This document shows positions 40,013-49,752 of a DNA stretch of 64,000 nt, piece by piece. The notes below the pieces were generated by a model. The model was given only the letters and a program-made list of their open reading frames with translations. It was not told the origin of the DNA and searched no databases. Every line of letters starts with the position of its first letter. Within the stretch, counting starts at the first letter, position 1. The stretch spans positions 57,924 through 121,923 of the forward strand of contig JASFQK010000019.1 of the NCBI GenBank assembly GCA_050115495.1, written 5' to 3'. The translations under genes were made by a program, and so were the position numbers. This stretch comes from Phycisphaerae bacterium. Its GTDB lineage: Bacteria > Planctomycetota > Phycisphaerae > UBA1845 > Fen-1342.

Positions 40013-41333
40013 CACCGATGTCCCGTGATTCGTCCTCGGTGCGACTATGTCCATCGATATTCCCAACTGCTTCCTCAGCTTGGTCCGCAGCATCTTGCAG
40101 TTCATCATCGAGAAGCCTCATGACTTCGCACATTGCGATGCTGTCTACGTTCGGTTCGATCGTCATCAGCGCTGCGGTGACCATCGCCAGGGACTTCGCA
40201 GTAGACTGGGCGGGTCCAGACAACCCGCAATTGAGCGCATCGTCAACCACGCAGTCATGTCCCTCCGTGTCGCGGTAGTACAGTGTGCGTGACGATGCGT
40301 GCACGTCGTCGCAAGCCAGCTTGTAGTAAACCCTCCACTGCTTCATGTCGAGGCTCGCCTCCAATTCTGCAAACGTGGGCCTCGTCTTCCTCAGTTCCTC
40401 GGCCGCCCAGCCGTAATCCGATTCGAAGCCAGCGCCGTACTTCTGTATCGCCGCATCTCGCGCGCGTCTGAGACTGTCCAGCTCGGTCGTCTCGATGGGA
40501 GATCCACCAATGGCAACGTGGGCCCTCTGGTACTCCTGTGCACGAAAGTACTCCTGCACAACAGCGTGGCCCAGGTACCTTTCCGCAAGATCCTTGCGTC
40601 GTTCGACGAGGAACATTGCAACCACGGCCAGTTCATGAAGAGAACGCCACCGTGCATTTGCCCCGTCAGCGTAGCCCGCGGCCAGCAGGACGGAGATTTC
40701 TTTGGCCGTCCTGCACGCACGCACGTGCAAGCCTACCACCGCTTCCCACAGGTAAGCCTCGGGTGGGAGTTCCGCAGCAACTTCTTCGTCGGTGACTTCG
40801 AGAGCGTCTGCCTGCAATACCTCTGCAACGTCCTCCGGGTCCAGCTCGCATGTGAACTCGTTCCGCGATTGCTGAGCGACCAGGATCATCGTATCCAGTA
40901 GATCCAGTACAGCGTGCCATTGCTCTTGGAGCCCTGCGCGGAATTCGCGGACAGCGTTCCGGTATGAGCTGAGTTCCTTCGGCGAGCTTCTTCTGACGGC
41001 ATTCCGCAAGAGCGGAACAGCGGACTTGACTGCACCCGAGATCAGGGAGCTGTGGAGTACCGCTGTGTCTCGCGCGAAGTCCTCGATGGCCCTCTTGAAA
41101 TCGTCCTCCGTCAGCTCGATTGAGACGTCCGGCCCGGGGGTGTCGAAGGTGACCAAGATGCACGATTCATTATCAGCAGCACGCAGCAACTTCCGGGCCG
41201 CATACTTCCGCTGTGCCTCGGTCAGCTTAACGCCCTTTCGTTCAAGGATGTGCCTCAGCACTTCTCCAGCGACGTACTCATCTGTGAACTTGGCCTTAAC
41301 CACTTCATCGCACATTTGCTGGAGGCTGCCCAT
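40005..41333 (-). CDS. DUF5677-like all-helical protein (possibly HEPN-related)
   Basis: 'GYADGANARWRSLHELAV', 'DYGWAA', 'YYKLACDDVHAS' match my recollection of DUF5677; visibly lower GC than neighbours. Confidence 0.65.
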   Translation of the reverse strand: MGSLQQMCDEVVKAKFTDEYVAGEVLRHILERKGVKLTEAQRKYAARKLLRAADNESCILVTFDTPGPDVSIELTEDDFKRAIEDFARDTAVLHSSLISGAVKSAVPLLRNAVRRSSPKELSSYRNAVREFRAGLQEQWHAVLDLLDTMILVAQQSRNEFTCELDPEDVAEVLQADALEVTDEEVAAELPPEAYLWEAVVGLHVRACRTAKEISVLLAAGYADGANARWRSLHELAVVAMFLVERRKDLAERYLGHAVVQEYFRAQEYQRAHVAIGGSPIETTELDSLRRARDAAIQKYGAGFESDYGWAAEELRKTRPTFAELEASLDMKQWRVYYKLACDDVHASSRTLYYRDTEGHDCVVDDALNCGLSGPAQSTAKSLAMVTAALMTIEPNVDSIAMCEVMRLLDDELQDAADQAEEAVGNIDGHSRTEDESRDIGGD

Positions 41334-41392
41334 TCGCTTTCTCTCTACACGTGTTTGGGCCAGTGTGCTCCTGACCGCGCATCAGGCTCGCG

Positions 41393-42898
41393 CTAGTCAT
41401 CCGCCTTATCCGCGTCCTTGATCACGAACCGCGCTCGCAGCTTCGCGACGGTCGTGGCGAGTCCCGCCAGTTCCACCGAGTTTACCACTTCGGTGAAGTT
41501 CTTGTACGCCGCCGGAGCCTCGTCCCGCGGGTAGTTGCGGCAGTTGGTCAGGATGTCCTCGGCGTCGAACTCGTCGTTCACGGCCCGCTGGTCCAGGCAG
41601 CGGATCGCCTGTTTGCGGCCCATCTGCCGGCCGGCGCCGTGGTTGATGCTGTAGCAGCTCCGCTCCGCCCCCGGCTCCGCCACCATGACCCGCGAGCCGG
41701 CGGTCGGATTGCCCGGCAGCAGGATCGGGTGGCCCGTGGTGTAGAACGGCGTACCCTTCAGGGCGTGGTGCTCGGCGGGGAAGGCACGCGTCGCACCCTT
41801 GCGGTGCACCCACACCCTGCGGTTATCGACGATCTCCTGGCGGGCGATGTTGTGGCTGATGAAGTACACGAGCGTGCCCGTCGTGCCCGGCAGGACTTCC
41901 TGGAACGCCTCCAGCACCAGCGCGTTGATCAGCAAGTGATTCACCGTCGCGAAATTGGCGCCGAGGGCCATGTCGTCCAGATACGCGTCGGCTTCAGGCG
42001 TTCCGAGCGGGGCGTGGACCAGGTAACGATCGCCCGCCGGGAACGGGATGCCCCACTTGTCGAACGTCTCCTGCAAGGCGCGGAACTGGCCGGTCGCCAG
42101 GTGATGCCCGAATCCGCGCGATCCGCAGTGCGAAAGAAAGGCGACGTGCCCGTCCAACAGACCGAAGGCTCGCGCACAGGTCTGCGCGCGGTCGGTGTCG
42201 GATACGTGCACGATTTCGCACTCGCCGAAGTGATTGCCGCCGCCGTACGAGCCGAGCTGGCGGATCTTCTCGTCGAACTTGTCGAACCCGCCGCCGTTCA
42301 GGAGCCGATCGAGCCGGACGGCCAGCGCGTCATGCGTCCCGTCGTGGCCTTTGTGGAAGGGGTCCTCGCAGCGCTCCGACCACGCCGGCGGGATACCCAG
42401 GGCTTCGCAGACGCCCGATGAGGCGCCCTCCACGACCGCCCGGCGACCGAGGGCGTCGAAGACCGGCCGTGACTTCGGCACGCTGCGCTGCCCGCGGCCG
42501 GCTCCGGTCGGCGTGCGCTCGCAGATGGCGTTGATGAGGGCGCGACGGGTCGACTTGTCGTCGACCACGTCGGCCGGCACGTCGAGCTGGAGCAGGCTCA
42601 TCGAGCACTTCATGTCCACGCCCACCGGGCCGGGGTAGATGTGCGTCGGCGACACCAGCACGCAACCGATCGGGGCGCCGTAGCCGACGTGCGCGTCGGG
42701 GTTGAGCACCACCTGCGTCACGCCGGGAGCAGCCGCTGTATTGCGGACCTGTTGGAGGCATTCATCGTCGAACGTCTCGCGAATGGCGGGCGTGCCGATG
42801 ACGGTCACCGGCCGGCACTTCCCGCCCCGCACGGGAAGGATGCCGATCGCGTCTCCGGTCGGGATGATTTCGTCGGTGTTCCGCTGCTCGGCCATCAT
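41393..42898 (-). CDS. rtcB: RtcB-family RNA 2',3'-cyclic phosphate/5'-OH ligase
   Basis: PDAHVGYGAPIG, GVDMKC, GGGNHFGE, HCGSRG, SHN, HRKGAT, HGAGR, DEAPAAYK. Confidence 0.93.
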   Translation of the reverse strand: MMAEQRNTDEIIPTGDAIGILPVRGGKCRPVTVIGTPAIRETFDDECLQQVRNTAAAPGVTQVVLNPDAHVGYGAPIGCVLVSPTHIYPGPVGVDMKCSMSLLQLDVPADVVDDKSTRRALINAICERTPTGAGRGQRSVPKSRPVFDALGRRAVVEGASSGVCEALGIPPAWSERCEDPFHKGHDGTHDALAVRLDRLLNGGGFDKFDEKIRQLGSYGGGNHFGECEIVHVSDTDRAQTCARAFGLLDGHVAFLSHCGSRGFGHHLATGQFRALQETFDKWGIPFPAGDRYLVHAPLGTPEADAYLDDMALGANFATVNHLLINALVLEAFQEVLPGTTGTLVYFISHNIARQEIVDNRRVWVHRKGATRAFPAEHHALKGTPFYTTGHPILLPGNPTAGSRVMVAEPGAERSCYSINHGAGRQMGRKQAIRCLDQRAVNDEFDAEDILTNCRNYPRDEAPAAYKNFTEVVNSVELAGLATTVAKLRARFVIKDADKADD

Positions 42899-42923
42899 GA
42901 TACAACTCCACAGGGCTGAGAAA

Positions 42924-43052
42924 GGGGCGCGGCGACAAGGTGTTGAGAAACGATTGCCGGATGCTCTATCCTGAGCTACCGCCGAAGCGGCCCGGGACTT
43001 TCACCCGGGGTCCATCAGGAGAATGTAGTTCCTCAGGCATTCGCCGCGCTCC
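42924..43052 (-). ncRNA. Y RNA (Y5): YrlA-like, with variant T-loop
   Basis: Stem GGAGCGCGGCGA/UCGCCGCGCCCC with GAAUGCC...CUUGUC; T-like arm CCCGGG-UGAAAGU-CCCGGG; capped acceptor CCGC-UUCG-GCGG; D arm UAGCUCAGGAUAGAGC. Confidence 0.85.
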
Positions 43053-43062
43053 GATTCAAGCT

Positions 43063-43180
43063 GGATGACGACAAAAGTTGGTGAGACTCGCACGCTCTGT
43101 CCATTGAGCTACGGATCGGCAAACGGATCCGCCGGGACTCGAACCCGGAACCTATGTAGTCCCACCGGCATTCGTCATCC
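43063..43180 (-). ncRNA. yrlA: Y RNA (Y4): canonical YrlA-type tRNA mimic
   Basis: GGAUGACGAAUGCC...UUGUCGUCAUCC; T arm CCGGG-UUCGAGU-CCCGG; loop-closed acceptor CGGAUC/GAUCCG; D arm UAGCUCAAUGGACAGAGC (T-acceptor-D permuted order). Confidence 0.9.
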
Positions 43181-43201
43181 GAGACATTCTCGCAAAACAA
43201 G

Positions 43202-43357
43202 GACCATGCGGCGACAAGGTGTTGGCGAAACGTTACGTGCTCTATCCCCTGAGCTACGGGCCCGCTGCAGAACTTCTCCAATGGACCCGACGGGACTCGA
43301 ACCCGCGACCTCGGGATTTGTAATCCATGTAGTTCCACCGGCATTCGCCGCACGGTC
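43202..43357 (-). ncRNA. yrlA: Y RNA (Y3): YrlA-type with extra anticodon-like hairpin
   Basis: GACCGUGCGGCGAAUGCC...CUUGUCGCCGCAUGGUC; GGA-UUACAAA-UCC hairpin; T arm GCGGG-UUCGAGU-CCCGU; acceptor CGGGUCC/GGGCCCG with long loop; D arm UAGCUCAGGGGAUAGAGC. Confidence 0.9.
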
Positions 43358-43368
43358 TTCAAACATTC

Positions 43369-43477
43369 TGGAGCGACAAGGAGTTGGCGGGACTCCGCCT
43401 TTCGGCGTCCGGGGCTCGAACCCGGTTGCACTGCGTTGCAGCGCGTTACCATGTAGTCTCGCCAGGCATTCGCTCCA
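43369..43477 (-). ncRNA. Y RNA (Y2): T arm plus GAAA-capped stem, no 3' D arm
   Basis: UGGAGCGAAUGCC...CUUGUCGCUCCA; hairpin GCGCUGC/GCAGUGC; T arm CCGGG-UUCGAGC-CCCGG; CGCC-GAAA-GGCG. Confidence 0.85.
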
Positions 43478-43549
43478 CGACCCCACCAGGACTCGAACCT
43501 GGAACAAGAGCTTCGTAGGCTCCCATGATTTTCATTTCACCACGGGGTC
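43478..43549 (-). tRNA. tRNA-Arg(ACG)-like gene, atypical D loop, CCA not encoded
   Basis: GACCCCG-UG-GUGA(AAUGAAAA)UCAU-G-GGAGC(CUACGAA)GCUCU-UGUU-CCAGG(UUCGAGU)CCUGG-UGGGGUC-G folds as a full cloverleaf. Confidence 0.8.
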
Positions 43550-43574
43550 ATCCGTGTTCGCTTCGTACCACCGC

Positions 43575-43655
43575 CCGGGCCGGGACTGACAAGTTGGTGC
43601 CGAGACGTCATACATTGGTCAAATGTAGTCCCGGCGGCATTCAGCCCCGGCCCGG
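43575..43655 (-). ncRNA. Y RNA (Y1): minimal, no tRNA-like domain
   Basis: CCGGGCCGGGGCUGAAUGCC...CUUGUCAGUCCCGGCCCGG; inner helix GCCGGGAC/GUCUCGGC; single hairpin UACAUU-UGACC-AAUGUA. Begins 8 nt after the rsr stop. Confidence 0.8.
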
Positions 43656-43662
43656 TCCGCCA

Positions 43663-45231
43663 CTACAGCTCGACCGCACGAATGCGGCCGACCCAGTGAT
43701 CCGCGCCGAGTTCACCCTTCGCGAAGGCGGCGATGACCTCGAAAACCTGGTCGGAGAAGCCGCCGATGTTCAGGATGTCCGGACGTTCCTTCGCCTGCGT
43801 GGTTCCGTACGGCTGGATGTCGATACAGACCATCCGTGCCGCCGGATTGCGACGCTTGAACGCCGCCCACTCGTTCACAGTAGCCGTACGGCCACCCCCC
43901 CAATGGCCGTACCGGGGGCCATCAACCCACGATTCGTTGTCCGAAACGTAGATCAGCAGATCGCCGTGCGCCCTGCGCTCGTTCAGCAGCCGCAGCGGTG
44001 CGCTGCAGTTCGTTCCGCCGCGCGGACGCGAAGCCAGCGTCTGTGCGTTCGTCATCACGCTGTCGCGGGGGTTCAGAGGAATCTTGATGACGTCGCTTTC
44101 GAACGGCAGCACTTCCGCATCGCGGTTGCGGCGCAACACGGACGCGGCGATCAGGGCGGCGACGTCGATACAGCGGACCTTCGACGAGCTACCCTTGCGC
44201 TGCCCCGTGATCGGCGAGTGCATCGACCCGGAGATGTCCGGGAACACGTACACCTTGCCGTCGATCTGCGGGACGTTCTCGATCGCGGTCTCCATCGCGT
44301 CCTGCAGGGCGTCGCGGACCTCGCGCGGGATGTCGTCGCCGGTCGCCAGGTAGGCCGCCAGCAACTGGTACGGGTACGCGCGGGCCTTGGCAATCGCCGC
44401 CGGATCGCGCAGACGATTCGCGACCATCTGCACGCAGTCACGCTCGTGGAAGACGCCGTGCCGCGAGAACGTGTTCAGGTTCATGCGCGTCATCTGCCAC
44501 GGCGCCCGGCGGGCGATGTCGGTCCAGGCGCCCTTGTCCAACTCGAGCGACGTAAGCATCTGGAACGGCACGTCCGGAACCTCATCGGACCGGTGCGACT
44601 TGAAGGCCTCGTATTCCTGCACCAGCGCCGGCAGCGCTTCGGCGTTGCAGTCGCGGCCGATCATGTAGCCGTAGAGTGCCTCGCGCTGCGGCGTAGCCGG
44701 CTTCGGGTGGACCATCTTCACGATGTCCGCCACGGACGGAGCCTGCCCGACCGACGCACGGAGCAGCACATCATCCGAACGCGCCTCCAGCCAACGGCGG
44801 ATCAGGCGCTTTGGGCGCGAGCCGAGCGACTTGCGCCCCACGACGCCGCTGCGGATGACCTGCACGAAGTTGCGGAGCATCCGGGCGTTGTCGATCACGC
44901 GGTCGAAGATCTTCTCCAGCAGGTCCGGAGCGTGGACCGAGAGGAACGCACACAGCACCGCCGGCGTGTCCTTCATGAAGCCACGTTCGCGGCAGAAGAC
45001 CGCCACACGCGCGGTGAACTCGGGATCGACGTGGTTGGCCAGCGCGAGCAGCTTGTCGAGCTGCTCATCCGCGGACGCGTAGAACGTCGTGTTCAGGCAG
45101 CCGGTCATCGCGTACTGCGCCAACGCGTGTTCCGGCGTGAAGGCGTACGCCGGCGACCGCTCTTCATTGACCGCGTCGGCCGGCGGCATGAAGCACCCGA
45201 TGATCGACCGAAACAGCGACTTGTTTGCCAT
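43663..45231 (-). CDS. rsr: Ro60 ortholog (TROVE + vWA domain), Rsr
   Basis: 'HALAQYAMTGCLNTTFYA', 'RERGFMKDTPA', 'WQMTRMNLNTFSRHG', vWA 'FPDISGSM', 'GGTNCSAPL', 'VSDNESW', 'IGGFSD'. GGAGG RBS. Confidence 0.93.
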   Translation of the reverse strand: MANKSLFRSIIGCFMPPADAVNEERSPAYAFTPEHALAQYAMTGCLNTTFYASADEQLDKLLALANHVDPEFTARVAVFCRERGFMKDTPAVLCAFLSVHAPDLLEKIFDRVIDNARMLRNFVQVIRSGVVGRKSLGSRPKRLIRRWLEARSDDVLLRASVGQAPSVADIVKMVHPKPATPQREALYGYMIGRDCNAEALPALVQEYEAFKSHRSDEVPDVPFQMLTSLELDKGAWTDIARRAPWQMTRMNLNTFSRHGVFHERDCVQMVANRLRDPAAIAKARAYPYQLLAAYLATGDDIPREVRDALQDAMETAIENVPQIDGKVYVFPDISGSMHSPITGQRKGSSSKVRCIDVAALIAASVLRRNRDAEVLPFESDVIKIPLNPRDSVMTNAQTLASRPRGGTNCSAPLRLLNERRAHGDLLIYVSDNESWVDGPRYGHWGGGRTATVNEWAAFKRRNPAARMVCIDIQPYGTTQAKERPDILNIGGFSDQVFEVIAAFAKGELGADHWVGRIRAVEL

Positions 45232-45282
45232 GATCGCACCTCCGCCGGACAAAGAGTTCCGTGGTTGGTCGTGGGGAGGTAG

Positions 45283-45299
45283 TTCACGAGGTGTGCCAG
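45283..45299 (-). promoter_or_regulatory. Putative sigma54 (-24/-12) promoter of the rsr-Y RNA-rtcB-rtcA operon
   Basis: CTGGCACACCTCGTGAA, i.e. TGGCAC with GG-N10-GA (variant -12), ~50 nt upstream of rsr and divergent from rtcR. Confidence 0.65.
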
Positions 45300-45434
45300 T
45301 TGGGTGGTCCCGGCTGGTTATTATTATAAGCACTTACGGACAAAGACTTTGCAATTATTCCCCCGTTGGCGGCCGGCTAGAGAAGCGGGCTACTGGCCCG
45401 TGGTTGCTATACCTTGTGCGAGTATCTTATAATT

Positions 45435-47048
<1,614 letters not shown>

Positions 47049-47103
47049 ACGAGCACTTCTCCTCCCAACACGCGCGAGGCGGCGTACTCAGAGTCACCGT
47101 GTC

Positions 47104-49248
47104 TCAGCGGCGGCGTTTGCGCACGAGCCCGACGACCGACAGACCAAGCGCCAGCGCACTGATGCTCGGGCACAGGGCACCCGCGTGCGGACACCCGTTG
47201 GCATCGACGCCCTCGCCCGGCGGTGTGTCGGGGCAGAGGTCGGCGCTGTCCGGAACGCCGTCGCCGTCCGAGTCGGCGTCCGCGGTCGAGAAGGACCAGA
47301 CCGGCCCGAGGGTCGTACCGTTGGCGTTGCGAGCGGTAATCTGCCAGTAGTACGTCTGCCCTGGCGCGAGCGCATCGGGTTGCCAGGTGCTGGCAGTCGT
47401 GGTCGTCGCCAGGGCCGGCGGGTCTGTTTCACCGAAGCATACGTCGTAGGAACTGGCCCAGGCTGAGTCGTACCAATCGACGACGCTGTCGAACGCCACG
47501 TCGGCGGCGCCGTTCTCTGGGAACGGTGCGATCAGCATCCCGGGCCGCGGGCTCTTCAACCCCAGGCTCTGCCCACCGGCCGCGGCGATGGCGGTGAACC
47601 CGCTGTTGGGCGTCGGCAGGTCACATTGGTGACGGCTGTTGTCGCCCCAGGCCACCAACGAGCCGTCAGCTTTGAGCCCCACACTGAAACTGGCGCCGCT
47701 GGCCGCGGCGATGAAACCGGTGTTGGGCTCCGGCACGTCGCACTGGCCATCGTCGTTCAGACCCCAAGCCAGAATCGAGCCATCGGCTTTCACACCCAGG
47801 CAGTGGTAGGTGCCCGCCCCGACAGCGATGTACCCGCTGTTTGGGATGGGGACTGGAACGTAGGTGTGGCTCCCGCCGCCGGCAGTCCACCAACGACCCC
47901 AAGTTCGGATCGAGCCGTCGGACGAAAGGGCCATGCTGTGCTGCCGTCCCGCCGCGACGGCGACGAAGACCTGCCCGCTGAGGGGTGCTGGGACGTCGCA
48001 CTGGCCGGTATCGTTGCGGCCCCACGCCCGGAGCGAGCCGTCCGCCATGAGCGCGACACAGTGGTAGTCACCTCCGGCCAGCGCGACGATGTCCGTGCTG
48101 TTCAGGCCCGGCACGCCCTCGGGAAAGTCGCCCCAAACCGCGATCGAGCCGTCGGATTTCAGGCCCAGACCGTAGGACCACCCGGCGGCGACCGCGAAGA
48201 AGTCGGTGTTCGGTTCCGGCACGTCGCAAACGCCGCCCACGGAACTCCCCCAGGCGATGATCGAGCCGTCGACGTTCAGACCCAGGCTGAACCCACTGCC
48301 CGCCGCCATGCCGACGAAGCCTGTTTGCTCCACGGTGCGGTAAGCTCCGTCGTCCCAGGCAACGACGGAGCCGTCAACCTTGAGGCCTATGCAGTCGGCT
48401 CCGATGGCGATGAAGCCGCTGTTGGGCTCAGGTCCAGCAAGCCGCTCTGCCGATCCGCCGCCCCATACGACGATCGAGCCGTCGGCCTTGAGACCGAGGC
48501 TGTAGTTGTAGCCGGCCGCCACCGCAACGAAGTCGGCGTTGGGCGCCGGTACGTCGCACTCGCCGGACGTGTTGCGACCCCAGGCCTCGACTGTCCCATC
48601 GGCGCGCAGGCCGAGGCTGTGCGCCTCACTGCCGGCCATCGCGACGAAACCGGTGTTCGGTTCCGGGACATCGCACTGACCGTATCTGTCGCTCCCCCAG
48701 GCGACGATCGAGCCGTCTTCTTTCAGGCCCATGCTGTGGTACCAGCCGGCCGCGACTCCGACGAACGCGCTGTTGGGTGCAGGAACGTCGCATTGACCGC
48801 TGGGGTTGAAGCCCCAGGCGACGACGGAACCGTCGCCCTTCAGTCCGAGACTATGGAGGAAACCCGCCGCGATCGCGACGAACCCGCTGTTCGGCGCCGG
48901 CACGTCGCACTGACCCCACTGGTTGTAGCCCCAGGCCACGAGCGAGCCATCCTCCTTGCGGGCCAGACTGTGCGACCCGCCACCAGCGATCTCCACGAAA
49001 CCACCGTTCGGCGCGGGGATCAGGCACTGCCCTTGACCATTGCTCCCCCAGGCGACGAGCGATCCGTCCGACCGGAGCCCGAGGTCATGCCCCGCGCCGG
49101 AGTTGATGGCAACCAAGCCGGCGATTTCCGCCGGCGGCACGACTACCTGGTCGCCCCAACCCACGATCACGCCGGTGTCCTGAGCCGGCGCCGGTCCGAC
49201 CAGCAGAACGACTGCGAAAACCCCCGTCACCAGACGCGCCTTCACCAT
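47104..49248 (-). CDS. Surface protein with ~14 RCC1/BLIP-II repeats, FN3-like domain, DxDGDG Ca-binding motif and C-terminal anchor
   Basis: Signal peptide; ~40-aa repeats 'CDVPxPNxGFVAxAAGxxHSLGLKxDGSIVAWG'; 'TYYWQITARN'; 'DSDGDGVPDSADLCPDTP'; TM plus RKRRR. Confidence 0.88.
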   Translation of the reverse strand: MVKARLVTGVFAVVLLVGPAPAQDTGVIVGWGDQVVVPPAEIAGLVAINSGAGHDLGLRSDGSLVAWGSNGQGQCLIPAPNGGFVEIAGGGSHSLARKEDGSLVAWGYNQWGQCDVPAPNSGFVAIAAGFLHSLGLKGDGSVVAWGFNPSGQCDVPAPNSAFVGVAAGWYHSMGLKEDGSIVAWGSDRYGQCDVPEPNTGFVAMAGSEAHSLGLRADGTVEAWGRNTSGECDVPAPNADFVAVAAGYNYSLGLKADGSIVVWGGGSAERLAGPEPNSGFIAIGADCIGLKVDGSVVAWDDGAYRTVEQTGFVGMAAGSGFSLGLNVDGSIIAWGSSVGGVCDVPEPNTDFFAVAAGWSYGLGLKSDGSIAVWGDFPEGVPGLNSTDIVALAGGDYHCVALMADGSLRAWGRNDTGQCDVPAPLSGQVFVAVAAGRQHSMALSSDGSIRTWGRWWTAGGGSHTYVPVPIPNSGYIAVGAGTYHCLGVKADGSILAWGLNDDGQCDVPEPNTGFIAAASGASFSVGLKADGSLVAWGDNSRHQCDLPTPNSGFTAIAAAGGQSLGLKSPRPGMLIAPFPENGAADVAFDSVVDWYDSAWASSYDVCFGETDPPALATTTTASTWQPDALAPGQTYYWQITARNANGTTLGPVWSFSTADADSDGDGVPDSADLCPDTPPGEGVDANGCPHAGALCPSISALALGLSVVGLVRKRRR

Positions 49249-49752
49249 GACTGCACCTCCCGCTGTTGTTCCCTCACCCGCCTCGCACGAACCTGAGGCC
49301 GGAACAGCGGCACGCCCCGAAGGTGCACCCCGCCGGTGCGGTCCTGCTCCTGCGCCGATTGCTCGTGCAAGAGCGTTGTCAACAAGTCTATAGGACAAAC
49401 GGTGTGTCCGTCAACGCCGGCACATGATCCGGACGTTTGCACTTACTCACAGGGGCATGTGCGTCTTCCCCCGTGCAGGCGACACGCGGTCTGAATTGGA
49501 TGCGCGGAACACAGCCCAGGCCCAAGATACCGGTCGCTTCCTGGATCGCCCCGAGACAACGAGGCACTCAGACAAACGGGCGGGCGGCGGCGGGGGGCGG
49601 ATCGGCTCCCGATGGACGCCACTCCCACCGCCAAACCGACGACCGATCCGGTGCAGGCTGGTCTGCGTTCCGAACCGTGTCGGCTCTTTACCCGCGAAGA
49701 CAGTGGGCCGCGCCGCCCGCAGCGTGGGCGCGTGGTCCCACTTAGCCGGTGG

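Noticed and set aside
40013..40108. N-terminal extension of RtcA in the ORF track
   Set aside because: It overlaps the DUF5677-like gene; the family N-terminus 'IRIDGSQGEGGGQ' begins at GTG 40012.
43033..43589. ORFs 43033..43452(-), 43065..43589(+) and 43175..43507(-)
   Set aside because: They overlap the structured RNA array, and the translations show no protein motifs.
42924..43655. CRISPR array or cluster of ordinary tRNA genes
   Set aside because: The repeats are split motifs inside self-complementary units of unequal length, not direct repeats with spacers, and no cas genes are present. The T and D arms are in permuted order without free acceptor ends, except for 43478-43549.
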